Source: Sminthopsis crassicaudata
Taxonomy: Eukaryota
Direction: 5' to 3'
NCBI RefSeq assembly: GCF_048593235.1
Contig: NC_133623.1
Coordinates: 25,908,211-25,972,210, forward strand
DNA length: 64,000 nucleotides
Part shown: one piece after another, positions 12,001 through 24,900 of the stretch
Layout of the letters: each line of letters begins with the position of its first letter
Numbering within the stretch: the first letter of the stretch is position 1
Notes under the pieces: generated by a model
The model's database searches: none
The model's input: the letters and a program-made list of their open reading frames with translations, nothing else
Told to the model about the DNA's origin: nothing
Translations under genes and position numbers: made by a program

Positions 12001-13707
12001 TTTTCTCCAACCTAAAACCTTTTCCAGAATTTTCCCTTTAGGAAAAGAGATAGAACAAATGCTAAGGCCTTTCTCAGAGAAACAGATTAAGGATAAGTTT
12101 AAGGAAACTAAAATCATGTGGACATAAGATCATCACACACCCCTTGACACTTAGTAAGTGAACTGACTTCTAAGACTCATTCACCCAAAGGTAATATCTT
12201 ATCTGATTATGCATACATAAGTTAAGAAGATACTGATCACTGGGAAGAAACCCTTTTCAAGCCTTGAGGCAAGTGGTAGGGGAAGGAATTAGATAGTAAC
12301 TGTTTTGGAATGTTAACCCCAAACTATATTTCAACACCATGATCATTTCCTTGTTCAAGATGCCTATAAATGTTTTAGCAAATCATCCTAGGGATAGAGA
12401 CTCATATCCAAGGGCATGGGGGATGTCTATCTCAGGGTTAAAAATCCTTAGGTATTGGATTTATGACAAATTACATTTTTCCTCGACATATCTGTGCCTA
12501 TAATCTTTTTTTTTTTTTTTCAACAGTTAACTGGTGCCATTTACTCAGATCCTGATCCTAAAACAAGCCAGCATTGGGCTCAGAACAACTTCTCCTTGAA
12601 AGACTTCCACAGCCAACTCAATGGGAAGTGCTTTTCAGAGCAGTCAGCCCTGGCTCCTGATGAAAGATCGAGTGTATCAGACACACAATGAGAGGTATTT
12701 ATGCTGACTGTTCATATCTCTGTTTCCACCTTGGATGTTATATGTGACAAGCTTTCTTTATCTTCTCCATAGCATGAGGCAGCCGATCTGAACAGCAGAT
12801 CTCCCAAGACTTAGTGACCTGAGCTTATGAGCAAATGGGAATTCCATGAACTTGACACGAGTGAACTCTGTAATCACTCTGAAACTGTGTTCCCTTTTGT
12901 TCTTGGAGTCTCAGGCCCTTCTGGGAAGGCATATCTCCCCAGACAAGTTAAGTGGAGTCATCTGACTGGGCCATTTCTAGGGCAAGCCAGATCTCTATTC
13001 AAACTCAGGCTGAGGAAGCCTTCAAAGCAATTTCATTTGAGAGATCCTGGTCTGATCAGCTCAGGCTGCCACAGCACCCCCACAAAGAGCTGCTCCTAAA
13101 ATAGGTTTCCTTTTACTCATTTTTTTTGCAGAAGGTCCAAAGCGGCTTGCTCCGCTTCCTTGACATAATGGCCAGGACCCTGCCCACTGAAAAGACATTC
13201 CCTTCTAAGTGCCAGCCTCCATTTCCCTAATAGGACTCTGCCACTGAGGAAGTCAGTCTCTTAGCAAAATTGGCTTCCTATCCAACAATAAAACTCCATT
13301 TTTGTTATTAATATTTCAGGTTTGTGAATTCTTTCATGAAGGACCTGTGACAACCAAAAGGGGATTTCCACAATTCTCTGCACTGCCACTAATCTCATCA
13401 AACTGAGTGCCTCTCTGTCCAGGGCCTTCAGTCTAAAAATGAAAGTTCGGTGTTTTATTCATTTTGCTTGGCAGCTTGTTTGGTGTTTCAAGATATAGAA
13501 GCCTAAGGAGTGATTGATTTTAAAATCAGCAGATCCTTCACGATAAGAGTTATGTGCCACAAGAACACAAGGCTCACCCTTAGGAGTGTTTGATCTCAAA
13601 AGATCCTTTTGGTCATTTTGAAGTGATCAAAACTGGTCAATGGTCCCTTCTGACCGAGTGGCTAATATGAAGATCAGCAGATGCTCAGGGATGCACTCTA
13701 TGCCCAG

Positions 13708-13739
<32 letters not shown>

Positions 13740-14254
13740 CCAGGTTTCCTAATAAAGGAGAGGAAACTCCCATTGGTCTCAAGTTCCTTTTTGGTCATTG
13801 AACTGGTAGGAGGATCCTCCACTGTGTAGGAGAGGTCAGTATTGTTATGTCCAACTTGTAAAATTTTAGAGGAAGCCGAGACAAAAGAATATCTCTGTCT
13901 AGGAAAAGCTGGCATTTCTATCTCCCCCACTAGAGAAATGAAACATAAAAAAGCTTACACAAAATGAATTACATAAGGTTTTCAAAAAAGATCCTTGAAT
14001 CTAAATGAAGAATATATTCAACACAGTTCGGGTGGTATGATGAATATTGCTAGCAACAGATATGTCTGTATCTATTCTTTGTGTTTGTGTTGATATATGT
14101 TTGGCAAAAAGGTGCTTAGGCCTTAAAAAAGTTTTATGTTCAGTGATTTCAAAAATAGGCAAAGGAAAAATAACCATTTTCTGACAAATGCCTGAAGTTT
14201 CTTCAGCTAAGCCTTACCTAGTTAGTGCTTAAGAACCACCTTAGAGGTATTATC

Positions 14255-14790
14255 TTTTTTTAATAGTATTTTTTCCAATTACATGTGAAAATGGTTTTAA
14301 ATATTCATTTTTTTATAAAATGTTGCATTCCAAATTTTTTCTCTCTCCCTCCTTCTAATTCCCCCTCCCAATATGGCAAGCAATCCAATATGGGTTATCC
14401 ATCACGTAAACATATTTCTACATTGGTCATGTTATGAAAAAAGAAATAGAACAAAAGGAAAAAGTCATGAAAAACAAAAAAACAAAAAAAATGAAAATAG
14501 TATGTTTCTTTAATCTGCATTCAGTCTCGATAGCTCTTTCTCTGGATATGAAAACCACTTTCTATCATAAGCCTTTTGGAATTGTCTTGGATCGTCGTAT
14601 TGCTGAGAAGAGCTAAGTCAATCATAGTTGATCATTGCACAAAGTTGCTGTTGCTGTGTACAATGTTCTCCTGATTCTGCTCACTTCACTCAGCATTAGT
14701 TCATGTAAGTCTTTCCAGGTTTTTCTGAAATCTGCCTGCTCATCATCTCTTATAGCACAACAGTATTCCATTACATTTATATTAAGTACT
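14255..14790 (-). mobile_element. Older L1 3' fragment
   Basis: Reverse-strand L1 tail and ORF2-end motif (AIRDDEQADFRKTWKDLHELMLSEVSR). Confidence 0.7.
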
Positions 14791-16365
14791 ATTACGTTAA
14801 GTCTTCTCTCCAACTTGGAAAGAAGGAAGCTTATTAAAGTCAGACTTTCCTTAGAAAAAGGCCATGTAAAATGTTTTGAGGGAAAAAAAATGAAAAAAAA
14901 TTCATTTTAAGAATTTCGTTTACCTATCCATTCCTATCCATTATGAGCTTCTGAATATGATGGAATTTAATTATTTAGCAAATGAGAAGCAAAGTCATTT
15001 AAAAGGAATTAAAATAGGTCATGCATTTGCAAGTTATTATGAAAGAAAGAAATCAACTGGAAGTTATTTTATGTTGTGAGGGAAAGGAAGGGAATAAAGC
15101 ATTTGTATAGCACCTCCTGTGTGCCAGGCATTATGCTAAGCATGTTTTTAAAAATTACAATCATCTTACCGAGTCTCACAATGACTTGCCCAGGGTTACA
15201 CAGTTAGGAAGTATCTAAGGTTAGATTTAAACTCAGATATTCCCAACACCAGGACCAGAGTTCTACCCACCATGCCACCTAGCTGCCCTAAAATTTAAAA
15301 ATCTAGTATGAAGGGAATTTTCAAAAATAGAGCAGGGGGTTCCAGAGGACAGAGTAGAATGGTGAGAGAGGAAGTGGGAGAAAGGATCTTCCCTTTAGCA
15401 GATGGCAACTAAATTGGAGGAAGATGGGAGGAGAAGGTAGGAAGCTAGGCTTCATAGCATGGGGGAAAAAAATGAGTGAGATCCTCATTCTTTAGAGTTC
15501 CAGGATAATATAACAGGGTGTCACTTGCTAACCTCCAGGCCACGTTGCTCTGTTCCTTCCCTTCCTTCTTTTCACCTTTAATTTTTGGGGTTTTTTGGTG
15601 TTTCCTTCCCTTAAATAATATGAGCTCCTTGTAGGCAGTGGGTAGAAGCAGCAAGAGTTCTGTAAAGGGGTCTAGATCAGTGAGAACCAAAAGGGAAGTG
15701 ACTTGCCTAGGGTCATTCCAGTGTAATGGGTTACTGGCCAATAGGAATCTAGTCCTTTGGGAGTGAACAAAAATTTGTTCTATCTGGTGCCAAATCATAT
15801 GAATGTTTGGGGATCCTAATTGGGTGAGCATGTATAATAGATGGCCCCATCCTCCACTTCAGAGCATGCACAGGTATCCTATGAGAGTTTATCATTTACT
15901 TGCTGTGTCACCAAGAAAAGGATTTTAACTGTCCACTGAGAACCAACTATGTGTACATACAAAAAGCACAAGTAGGTCATCTTTTTCTCTTCCTTGCTAC
16001 TGGCCATGAGATGTTAGAAATTCTTTTAACAACATCTAACTCTTTGAGAGCTGATGGTATGCATGCCTTCTGGATGCCTCCCATCCCACCCCAACAGGCT
16101 GACCTCTGAGCTCATGACCTCCTGGGCAATCCTAGATCTGGGATAGTGCTGCTTCCTCTTTGCGTCTTCTTTCTTTTGTTCCAGAGCTTGAAAGCTTAAT
16201 AGAGGTACCAGAAGTCTAGCAGCCAAGCCTGGGAGCCAGCCCTGAGAAGAAAACTGTTTAGCCAAGCCCATCAGGTGAACGGATCCAGCCATCTCTCCTG
16301 GAGGACAATGTGGAACTAGGCTCAAAGGACTATAAAACACTGCATTATCCTCTGGCCCAGCTACT

Positions 16366-17880
16366 GCTTCTAAGTCTATAACCCAAAAAGAGGTTAAAGA
16401 AAACAGAAAAAGACCTATATGTAGAAACAGGTTTATAGCAGCTCTTTTTGTGGTGGCAAAGAATTTGAAATTAAGGATATGCCCATTGATTGGGGAATGG
16501 CTAAACAAGTTGTGGTATATGATTGTAATGGAATATTTCTGTGCTATAAGAAATGATGAGCAGCACTACTGGGGCTGTTTCCCAAAGAGATAATAAAAAA
16601 GAGAAAAGGATCCACATGTACAAAATACTTTAGCAGCCCCTTTTTAGTGCCCAGGAAATGGAAACTGTGTGGATGCCCATCAGTTGGAGAATGGCTGAAT
16701 AAGTTACGATACATGAATGCTATGGAATATTATTGTTCTATTAAAAATGATGAGCAGGCTGGTTCCAGAAAAGCCTGGAAAGACTTATACGAACTGATGC
16801 GGAGTGAAGTGAACAGAACCAGGAAACATTGTAACACGGCAACAGGATTATGTGATGATCAACTGTGACAGACTTGGCTCTTTTCAACAATGAGGTGATT
16901 CAAGACTATTCCAATAGACTTGGGATGGAGAATATCAATCACATTCAGAGAGAGAAGTATAGAGAGTGAATATAGTTTGAAGCATAGTATTTTTACCTTT
17001 TTACTTGTTTTCATTCTCATGGTTTTTTCCCTTTTTTTTCTGATTTTTCTTGTACAACATGGCAAATACTGAAATATGTTTAAAAGGATTGCCCTATCTT
17101 TAACCTATATCAGATTGCATACTATCTTGGGAAGGGGGGGGAGGTAAGGAATAGAACATAAAGTTTTACAAAAATGTATGTTGAAAATTATCTTTATATG
17201 CATTTAGAAAAAATAAAATGCTAAAAAAAAGAAATGAGCAGGCAGATTTCAGAAAAACCTGGGAAGACCTAGATGAACTGATGCAAATTGAAGTGAGCAG
17301 AATGAACATTGTACACATTAATAGCAATACTGTATGATGATCAATTGTGACTAACTTAGCAATTCTCAGTAATACAATGATCCAAGATAATTCCAAAAGA
17401 TTTACGATGAAAAAATGCTCTCTATCTCCAGAGGAAGACCTGATAGAGTCTGAATGCAGATTGAAGTATACTATTTTTTGCTTTCTATATTTTTTCATAT
17501 TTTTTCCCCTTTGGGTCTGTGTCTTCTTTCACAACATGACTAATATGATAATATGTTTTGCATGACTGAACATGTATAATCTTTTTTTCTTTTTAATTTT
17601 TTATTATAGCTTTTTATGTACAAAATATATGCATGGGTTATTTTTCAGCAATGACTCTTGCAAAACCTTCTGTTCCAACTTTTCTCCTCTTTCCCTCCAC
17701 CTCCTCACCTAGATGGCAGGTAGTCCAATACATGTTAAATAGAACAAGTATAATCTTTTATCAAATTGCTTATTGCCTAAGGGAAGATGGGAGAGAGAAA
17801 ATTTGGAACTCAAAATTTTTAAATGAATGTTTAAAATTGTCTTTATATGTAACTGGGGAAAAATAAAACATTATTTAAAA
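16366..17880 (+). mobile_element. Cluster of nested L1 ORF2-end/3' UTR fragments
   Basis: Repeated L1 motifs (tttatagcagctctttttgtggtggcaaagaat, tggggaatggctaaacaa, agcaggctggttccagaaaagcctgg). The outer copy is interrupted near gaaatgatgagcag (~16550) and resumes at gaaatgagcagg (~17231). An inverted L1 tail lies at ~17580-17730. Confidence 0.75.
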
Positions 17881-19417
17881 AAAGAAAAGGAGAAGTCTTT
17901 TTATTGGAAGAAGTTTTTCCCCTCACTAGGGTGAAAGAAAATATTTTTAAAAAAAATTTAAAGACGCAAATAAGTATTTTTCTTTAAGATCTCTCCAAGT
18001 ACTTCAGTAAAAAGTGAAAACGCAAAGCCGAATTTTAGAAGTTTTTCTAAGACCTAAAAAGAACAGGGAAGAAAACTTTGCTAAAGTGTGTTTAGAGCAT
18101 GAGAAATCTTTTTACCAACTTTAAAAGTACATATTAAAGGGCAGAACCAAATTGTCAAATTAGGTTAAAAGAAATTAATGTTGCCACCAAATTAAGCCTA
18201 CCTTTTGTAAGTTGTAAGTAAAATTGTGAATACATTATTACAACTAATAAATAGAATTGATCTTAGGCTGACAGCAGGATCACAGACACATAACTGTCAC
18301 AAGTTGTAAACTTCATAGAAGAGACATGTAAGCCTTTGAGTTCTTTTTTTTAATTAAAAAAAAAAAATTTTTAAGACCTTGACTTCTAAATCTCCTAAAG
18401 AAACTTAGAAGAAACTCAGGCCTGATTTCAAGTTGTGTCATATCTTGTCATATGTGCTCTCTTTCTCTGTGTTTTTTGAGTGATAGAACTAAATTTAGAA
18501 TTAGTGGGTTCCTCCCTTCAAATAGGAAAGTACCTCATACAATTAGAAAAAACTTTATGAAATCTAAACAAGAACACTGATCAAAAGGCTTTATCCCTGA
18601 TACAATGGGAAATCTGTGTGTGCTATCTTACTTGTGCTTTGTGGTAATCCCTGCTGACAGGTGCTTGAAAGCATTTGGTTCTATTTTTTCCTTTGAATAA
18701 TTCAACCAAAGGAGAAAGACTTTAAAAGGTAAAATGTTAATAATAAAAAAGCCTTCAGAAAGGACAAGCCTTTTTTTCCCCTATATTTCCAATATTGGTC
18801 ACATTAGAAGTTGTATAGATGACGGAAGATGACAGATTTAAAAAATAATAAAATGAAATAGAGACTAAATTTATTGATCTCTACTGTAAATTTTAAAATT
18901 ACGATTTGAAAGTTTTTATGAAGTATTTTGATATGCTTTTGAGTTGCCAGCAAACTTTGTAGTTTAATGAAAACAAAAATTGACAAATCAGTCACTCCAT
19001 AAAAGGAACTTTAAAATGAGTTTGATTTTATGGCTATAGAAGTTTTAAAATAAAAAATAAAAAAACCCTTGGGAAAACAGTATAATTAGAATAAATTAGA
19101 AGTTAGAATAAAACTTTTGTGAGTTTAATTCCACAACTCAGAATTTTTAAAAAGAAACATTTGCTAAGCCCAAGAAATTTTAGTCTCTATCTGAAGTTTC
19201 TGGGTGTCATTCTGTGAAAGTAATTTTAACTTTAGTGTAGGTTAAAGGTATATTTAAAAACTACTTAAAGTTGAGACAAATTTACTGTAGGAAGGAAGTA
19301 AAAGCTTTTTTTATTAGAAGGCAGAACAGGAACATTTTAGACCACCTTCAAATTCCAAAAGAATAGCAGTAAATTGAGCTGAAATTTATTTATCCTTTTG
19401 TTGCTTACTGTTTTTAG

Positions 19418-19537
19418 ACAACCAACCTGAAGACTCCAAGCAAGTCCTGTTATCTGCCCCTACATCAGGACTGAAGGTGAGTCCAAAAGTGCTCCCAAAA
19501 AGAGAAAAGCTTGTTTTGAAATCAGAAGCAATTGAAG
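19418..19537 (+). other. Candidate orphan coding exon (120 bp, phase 1-1)
   Basis: Acceptor ccttttgttgcttactgtttttAG, donor GAAG|GTAAGT, a single open frame (NQPEDSKQVLLSAPTSGLKVSPKVLPKREKLVLKSEAIE), and higher GC than the flanks. No gene recognised. Confidence 0.4.
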
Positions 19538-21749
19538 GTAAGTGAAATTTAATGCTATCATGTAGATTAAATCAATTGTTCAGGTAAATTACAAACACAG
19601 TAAAACTTGTATTGAAATCAGTGGAAGTTAAAATTGTATTTTGACAACACTGTTATAAGTGAGGCTTTAATAAATTGGGGTGTGAATTATTGAAAATAGG
19701 AATTATTTCAGGGTTCTTCTTGTTTCATTGTTAAACATAAAGCATAAGCACATCGATAATATTGGCTCCTGAAATTTGAAATGACCTTCATGAAAGTTGA
19801 TATCTTTAAATTATTACTATTAGTAATTATATAGCTATATTTCTATTAGGTGAATCCAAAGTTAAATTAGTATGATGATGATGATTTCTGTACATTTAAA
19901 ATCACCAGAGAATTAAATAACCTATTAATCTACAGTATTGGAAAATATCAAAAACTTTGTAAAAAGAAGAGACAAGTAGGAATAAAGATCATTCACAATC
20001 AACAGCACCAAAATAGAAACTGTTTTTACACAATGCTATTGAACTATATATTTTAAGAAAGAAAAATAACTCAAATGTGGGAAAAACTATAATATTTCAT
20101 TTAAAGTACAATAATAACAACTTACTATAGTGAGAGGAGTAGCTTTAAGATACCTTTAAGATACCAATATTTGTGCCATTCTTGTGCCATAGTTGAGCCC
20201 TGGCCATGAAACAGGTGGATGAATATTTTTCCAGCATAAAAAAGGTTAACTCTGAGAAATAGCTAACTTCCCTTCCAAGGTCATTAATGAGGAACTAGGA
20301 GGGACTTAAACTTTCTACTTGTGTTCAACAATTTGTATTTGGGTTTAATTGACTGGCACTTATTAAGGACAAACAAAAAGAACTATAGGCCTTAAAGAAA
20401 TCTGAAGGAACCATGCATTTGTAAGTCCTAAGGGGGAAAAAAATGCAACACTATTGACATTAATTGGTTTTGTGTAATAAAAACTTGTTCTGAAGTATAA
20501 AGAGAAATTCAATGGAGTAAAGATTAAGTCTGTATGACTGGGAAATAAAGACTAGAGGAAATAAGCAAGCAGGAAAAAAAAATAAGAGGAGTACTGGATA
20601 AGGCAACAATAAAGGTCTAGTTTTGAAGAATTTTTATAAAATGAAAGAAAAGGCAGTTTAAGCAAGCAGGGATGAGAGAAGACTGGGTAAAGAATTTAAG
20701 GAAGGTTAGAATCTGCACTGACAGTATAAATAAAGGGCTTGAAAGAAAAGGGGTTGAAGTTTAGAAAAGGAAATTTAAGAAATAGTTTTGATCCCACTAA
20801 AGAAAAGGCAGATTTGGGGAATTGTTTTGAGAAATGCCTTAAGGTACAATGATAGGGTTAAGCTAGAAAAATAAAAATAATTGTTTTGGCTTTCTGGATG
20901 GTTGAAATAAGGAAACAGTCATGAGGACTGGGGGCATCACCATGAATTTTTGTGAATAGAAGTCAACTAAAAATAATGGATCTTTGTGAAAAATGAGGCT
21001 TAGTTACTGCCACTAGTAATTATAAATCAAAAACTGATCAGGTTGAAAATTTTGTGTTGAAGCTACACTGTAATTGTATATTAGAAAATTTAATCAGTCT
21101 TTGTATGTACAAGATGATAAAAAGGATAATAGCCCATATCTCCCAGGGTTATTGGAGGAATTAAATGATTCTAAGGGCTTAGCATAATGATCATTGTATA
21201 AATGTTAACTATTGCTATTAGATTTTGGATTAAGTGATTTGTCAAAGATAACAACACATATGATTTTTCTAAGAAAGCTTTATCTAAACCAATAAGATAT
21301 TCTCTAGACTTTCATTTTTCTTGTGTTGTGGAATTGGGAAGAATGTTACATATGATTAAAAATGTGAGTTCTCTTTTATTAGGAACATATGCTTTTAAAC
21401 ATATACTGCTATGTAAAATTTTTCTAAAAACAATCGTCAAGTTCTGTTAGGAAGGTCACTTTCCTATTGAATTATTAAAGTGAATGTGATAACTCTTTGA
21501 AAAAATTATAATAATGAAGTGTCTTTCACCTTAAATTCTTATGATTTGATAAGAGGATTGAGGCACTCTCCAACTAGAGTTATGATCTAAATTTCTAACT
21601 GCTTTTGTAAAGTTATTTTGAATCGAACTAAATTGATGTCATTTGGCTAAAGTTGAGCATCTTATGAATTGAACTGCTAAATTAAGGTAGCAAGATTGCT
21701 TTTTAAAAAACTAGCAAATATTCAATGGGCTATATTTTCCTCAAAATTA

Positions 21750-21935
21750 TTCTCCTACGTGTATACATATATTGTATTTAATTTATACTTTAACATATTT
21801 AACATGTATGGGTCAACCTGCCATCTGGGGGGGGGGGAGGAGGGGGAAAATTGGAACAAAAGGTTTGGCAATTGTCAATGCTGTAAAATTACCCATGAAT
21901 ATATCTGGTAAATAAAAACTATAATTAATAAAAAA
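21750..21935 (+). mobile_element. Short L1 3' tail insertion
   Basis: Marsupial L1 3'-end motif (atgtatgggtcaacctgccatctggggggg...ctgtaaaattacccatg...aataaaaac) with an A-rich tail. Confidence 0.65.
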
Positions 21936-24900
21936 GTATTCTTCTAAAGGGAAAGATTTGTCTTACTATTTATAACTGCTCTACTTACTTTCTTATTTAC
22001 TGCTGTAAGTTAACCAGTAATTCAAGTATTAACTGAGAAATCAGAAACTAAACATTCTAAAGTACTAAGGAAACAGGCCTCTCGAATTCTTTACAGTAAT
22101 CTTTAAGAACTAGAAAAATCTCTGGCATGTGGTAAACACTACATAAATGAACTAGCGTCATTTCTTTAATTGACTAATTCCTCCATACTGGATTACCCTA
22201 TAACTCTAAATAACATATGCACAGTTGGTGCATTTTGCCTCCAACAACTATACTGGATGTATGGAAACTAACTGTTAATGCATGCCATATGAATTTGAAC
22301 CAATACTGTTCATGATTAATTATATCCTGCCCTAACATATGACTAATGAAGTTTTGCTATTTGAGGCAGAATCTTATGGAACTTGAATTTGATATACTTC
22401 TAAATTTTGATTTCAAGTTTAAGCTCTCATAAGGCCATTAGCCCATCATTTAAGAAAAATGTCAGGAGCTCAATGGGAGTGGTATCTATGAACTCTTAGC
22501 AACCTTAGGAAAACTAAAATAAGGACTCTTTTGACTCAATTTCCCGTCCAAGATATTTTCCAACCTGGTTTAATTCTGAGTCTGGCTGTGCATGCAGTTG
22601 GCGGTCTATGATTCATGCCTGAAATCAAACAAGAACCAATAAACAGCATTAACACTGCTATGTCCCTCTTTTTATCCTCACAAGAAATTCCATTCATAAG
22701 GACAAGTGTACAAGGATGTCTCATTTTTTCATTGTAATACACATAAGAGAAATACCCTATTGGTGACTTTTGACTGAATAACATATGCCAGTATAGTACT
22801 ATTACAGTGTAGAATCAGCTTAAATTGACATTTGAATTACAAATAATAAAGACCATGAGACCGTACAATTTAAGGGCTATGTAGTTTTTAGGAAATCATA
22901 CTATACTTTCATTATATTAATATGATAATAATATCCTCACAAAGGGGGAATTAGCAAAAGATGTGACTTCATGAGGGATATGGCACACTTTTCAAAATTA
23001 GATTTAGAATTTTGCATGTGAAATTGCATTGATAACTGTGAAGAGACTGAAACTTCTTTTCTATTTAAAATGATATATTTTTGATATGATTTGATATGAT
23101 AATTTTAAGAGACAGAGTCTTTGCCAATTCAGGCCTTCATGATGTAACAAATTCTCTGAAGTCTCAGATGAGCTGTGTTCTTAATTTGATGTTCTTCTTA
23201 AAACTCAATTTCATACTGAGTTTGTCTTAAACCTTTCTTTATGCCCTCAGAACATGAGAAACAGATCTGGAAGGAAGAGGCACTTCCTAAGAACATAGCT
23301 TGTTCCAGAAAGATTTGTTAATGAAAATGGGGCAAATTGCTCTGACTCTGAAGTCACACTCAGACCTTGAGGGAGACTTGTTAAGAGCAGAGACTACTTG
23401 AAGGAGTCTGATTCTCTGCTCAAGTAAACTATAAGGAAATTATTTTCTTAAAGATCAAAGGAAGAAGTGAAAAGGAATTCACTTCAAATCAGTTAGCCTG
23501 ACTACTTTGATTTTCATTTGATTGTAGGATTAGCTCCCTTCTTTAGGAAAAGCTAGCCCTAATAGCTAAGCCAACTAACAAAGATATTCTCTTGGGTCTA
23601 GGTTATCCATAGATTTAGTTAATAGATAGATGGATAGGACATTATCCTTTAGTAGCAGATAATTGAAAGGAATTTTTGTAGCAATTTCTTTTGTAGAAAT
23701 TCTTTATAGGAATAAAATAATTATAGGACTATGACTCATTTTAAAGGTTCAGTTTTTTTCCTGGAAGCTGAAGAAAGGGGGGTTGACTCCTAGCTTACTG
23801 ATTCTAAGTTCCCTTTTTATCTTGAACTAACTGTTAAGTATAATTTAAATAATATATTTTTTTGTAAAGTTAAGGTTCCCTTTCTGGCAACTGGAAGATG
23901 GAGATTGATTGCTAGTTACAAGATAACAAAAAATGAAACTCCTCTTTCCCAGTCTGAAGTTCCCCTTTTCCTGACAGCTTTAGGGCAGAGATTCCTAGGC
24001 ATTTCACTTTGATGAACAGGTTAATAAGACACAGGTTTTAATCCAAAAGAATGTCAGATTTAATAACTGCCTTACCCCTAACAACTCCCCCTTCTTCCCC
24101 ACCCACGTCCACACTCAAAATGTTGTCAACAGTATTAATTAGGTTCGGAAAGTAGGGGAGGAATAAAATAGTCAGATGATCTACCTTGTCTAACCGAATT
24201 ACACTCAAAACAAGTTTCCTAAGATTGCTGTAATTTTTAATTGCTTTTTTCTGTTATAAATATAAGTTCTGTAAATCACTCCTTGGTTAGTAATAACTGG
24301 GGGATTAGCCAACCTAAAGGTAATCTGTTGACCTCTGCTGCTGTTAAATCATTATTTGGAAGCTCTATACCTCAAAATTATTTTCTAGGTCAGATAATTA
24401 ATTTTAACATTTGGAAGAGTAAGTTCAGAGCCTTGCTACACAAGTATGTAGCAGAAGACAGATTCAAACCTAGATTCTCAGATTCCAAATTCAACTCTAT
24501 TTTTTTTTCAAGAGTTCCTGTTAAAAAGAAACCAGGACTTCAATATGAAAATGAAAAAAGAATCTGAAGAATCAGAGGGAAAATTCTGCCATGTCAGGAG
24601 ATTGACAGATAGAAGAATAGAAATAAAAGGAAAGAGGACCAGGGAACACTAGGATCTAAGAAATTTATATGAGGGGAACAAGAAAGCAGCTAAACACTTT
24701 GAGGAAGAAGCAACTGTTCTCCAAGGAACCCAAAGAGCAAAAGCATTATACAGTACATGACATTCTACACCCATAGCCCCTCATCATCTCTCTACCAAGA
24801 GGAGAGAAATACATTGCTTCCTAGCTGTGCTCTGGGCTTCACTGTGAAATTAATATGATACTATTATATTAATAACTTATTATTAATTTTTGCTCTACCT

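Noticed and set aside
22536-22784. Minus-strand ORF and acceptor (...gatttcAG|GCATGAATCAT, MNHRPPTACTARLRIKPGWK)
   Set aside because: No good donor, no recognisable domain and no partner exons.
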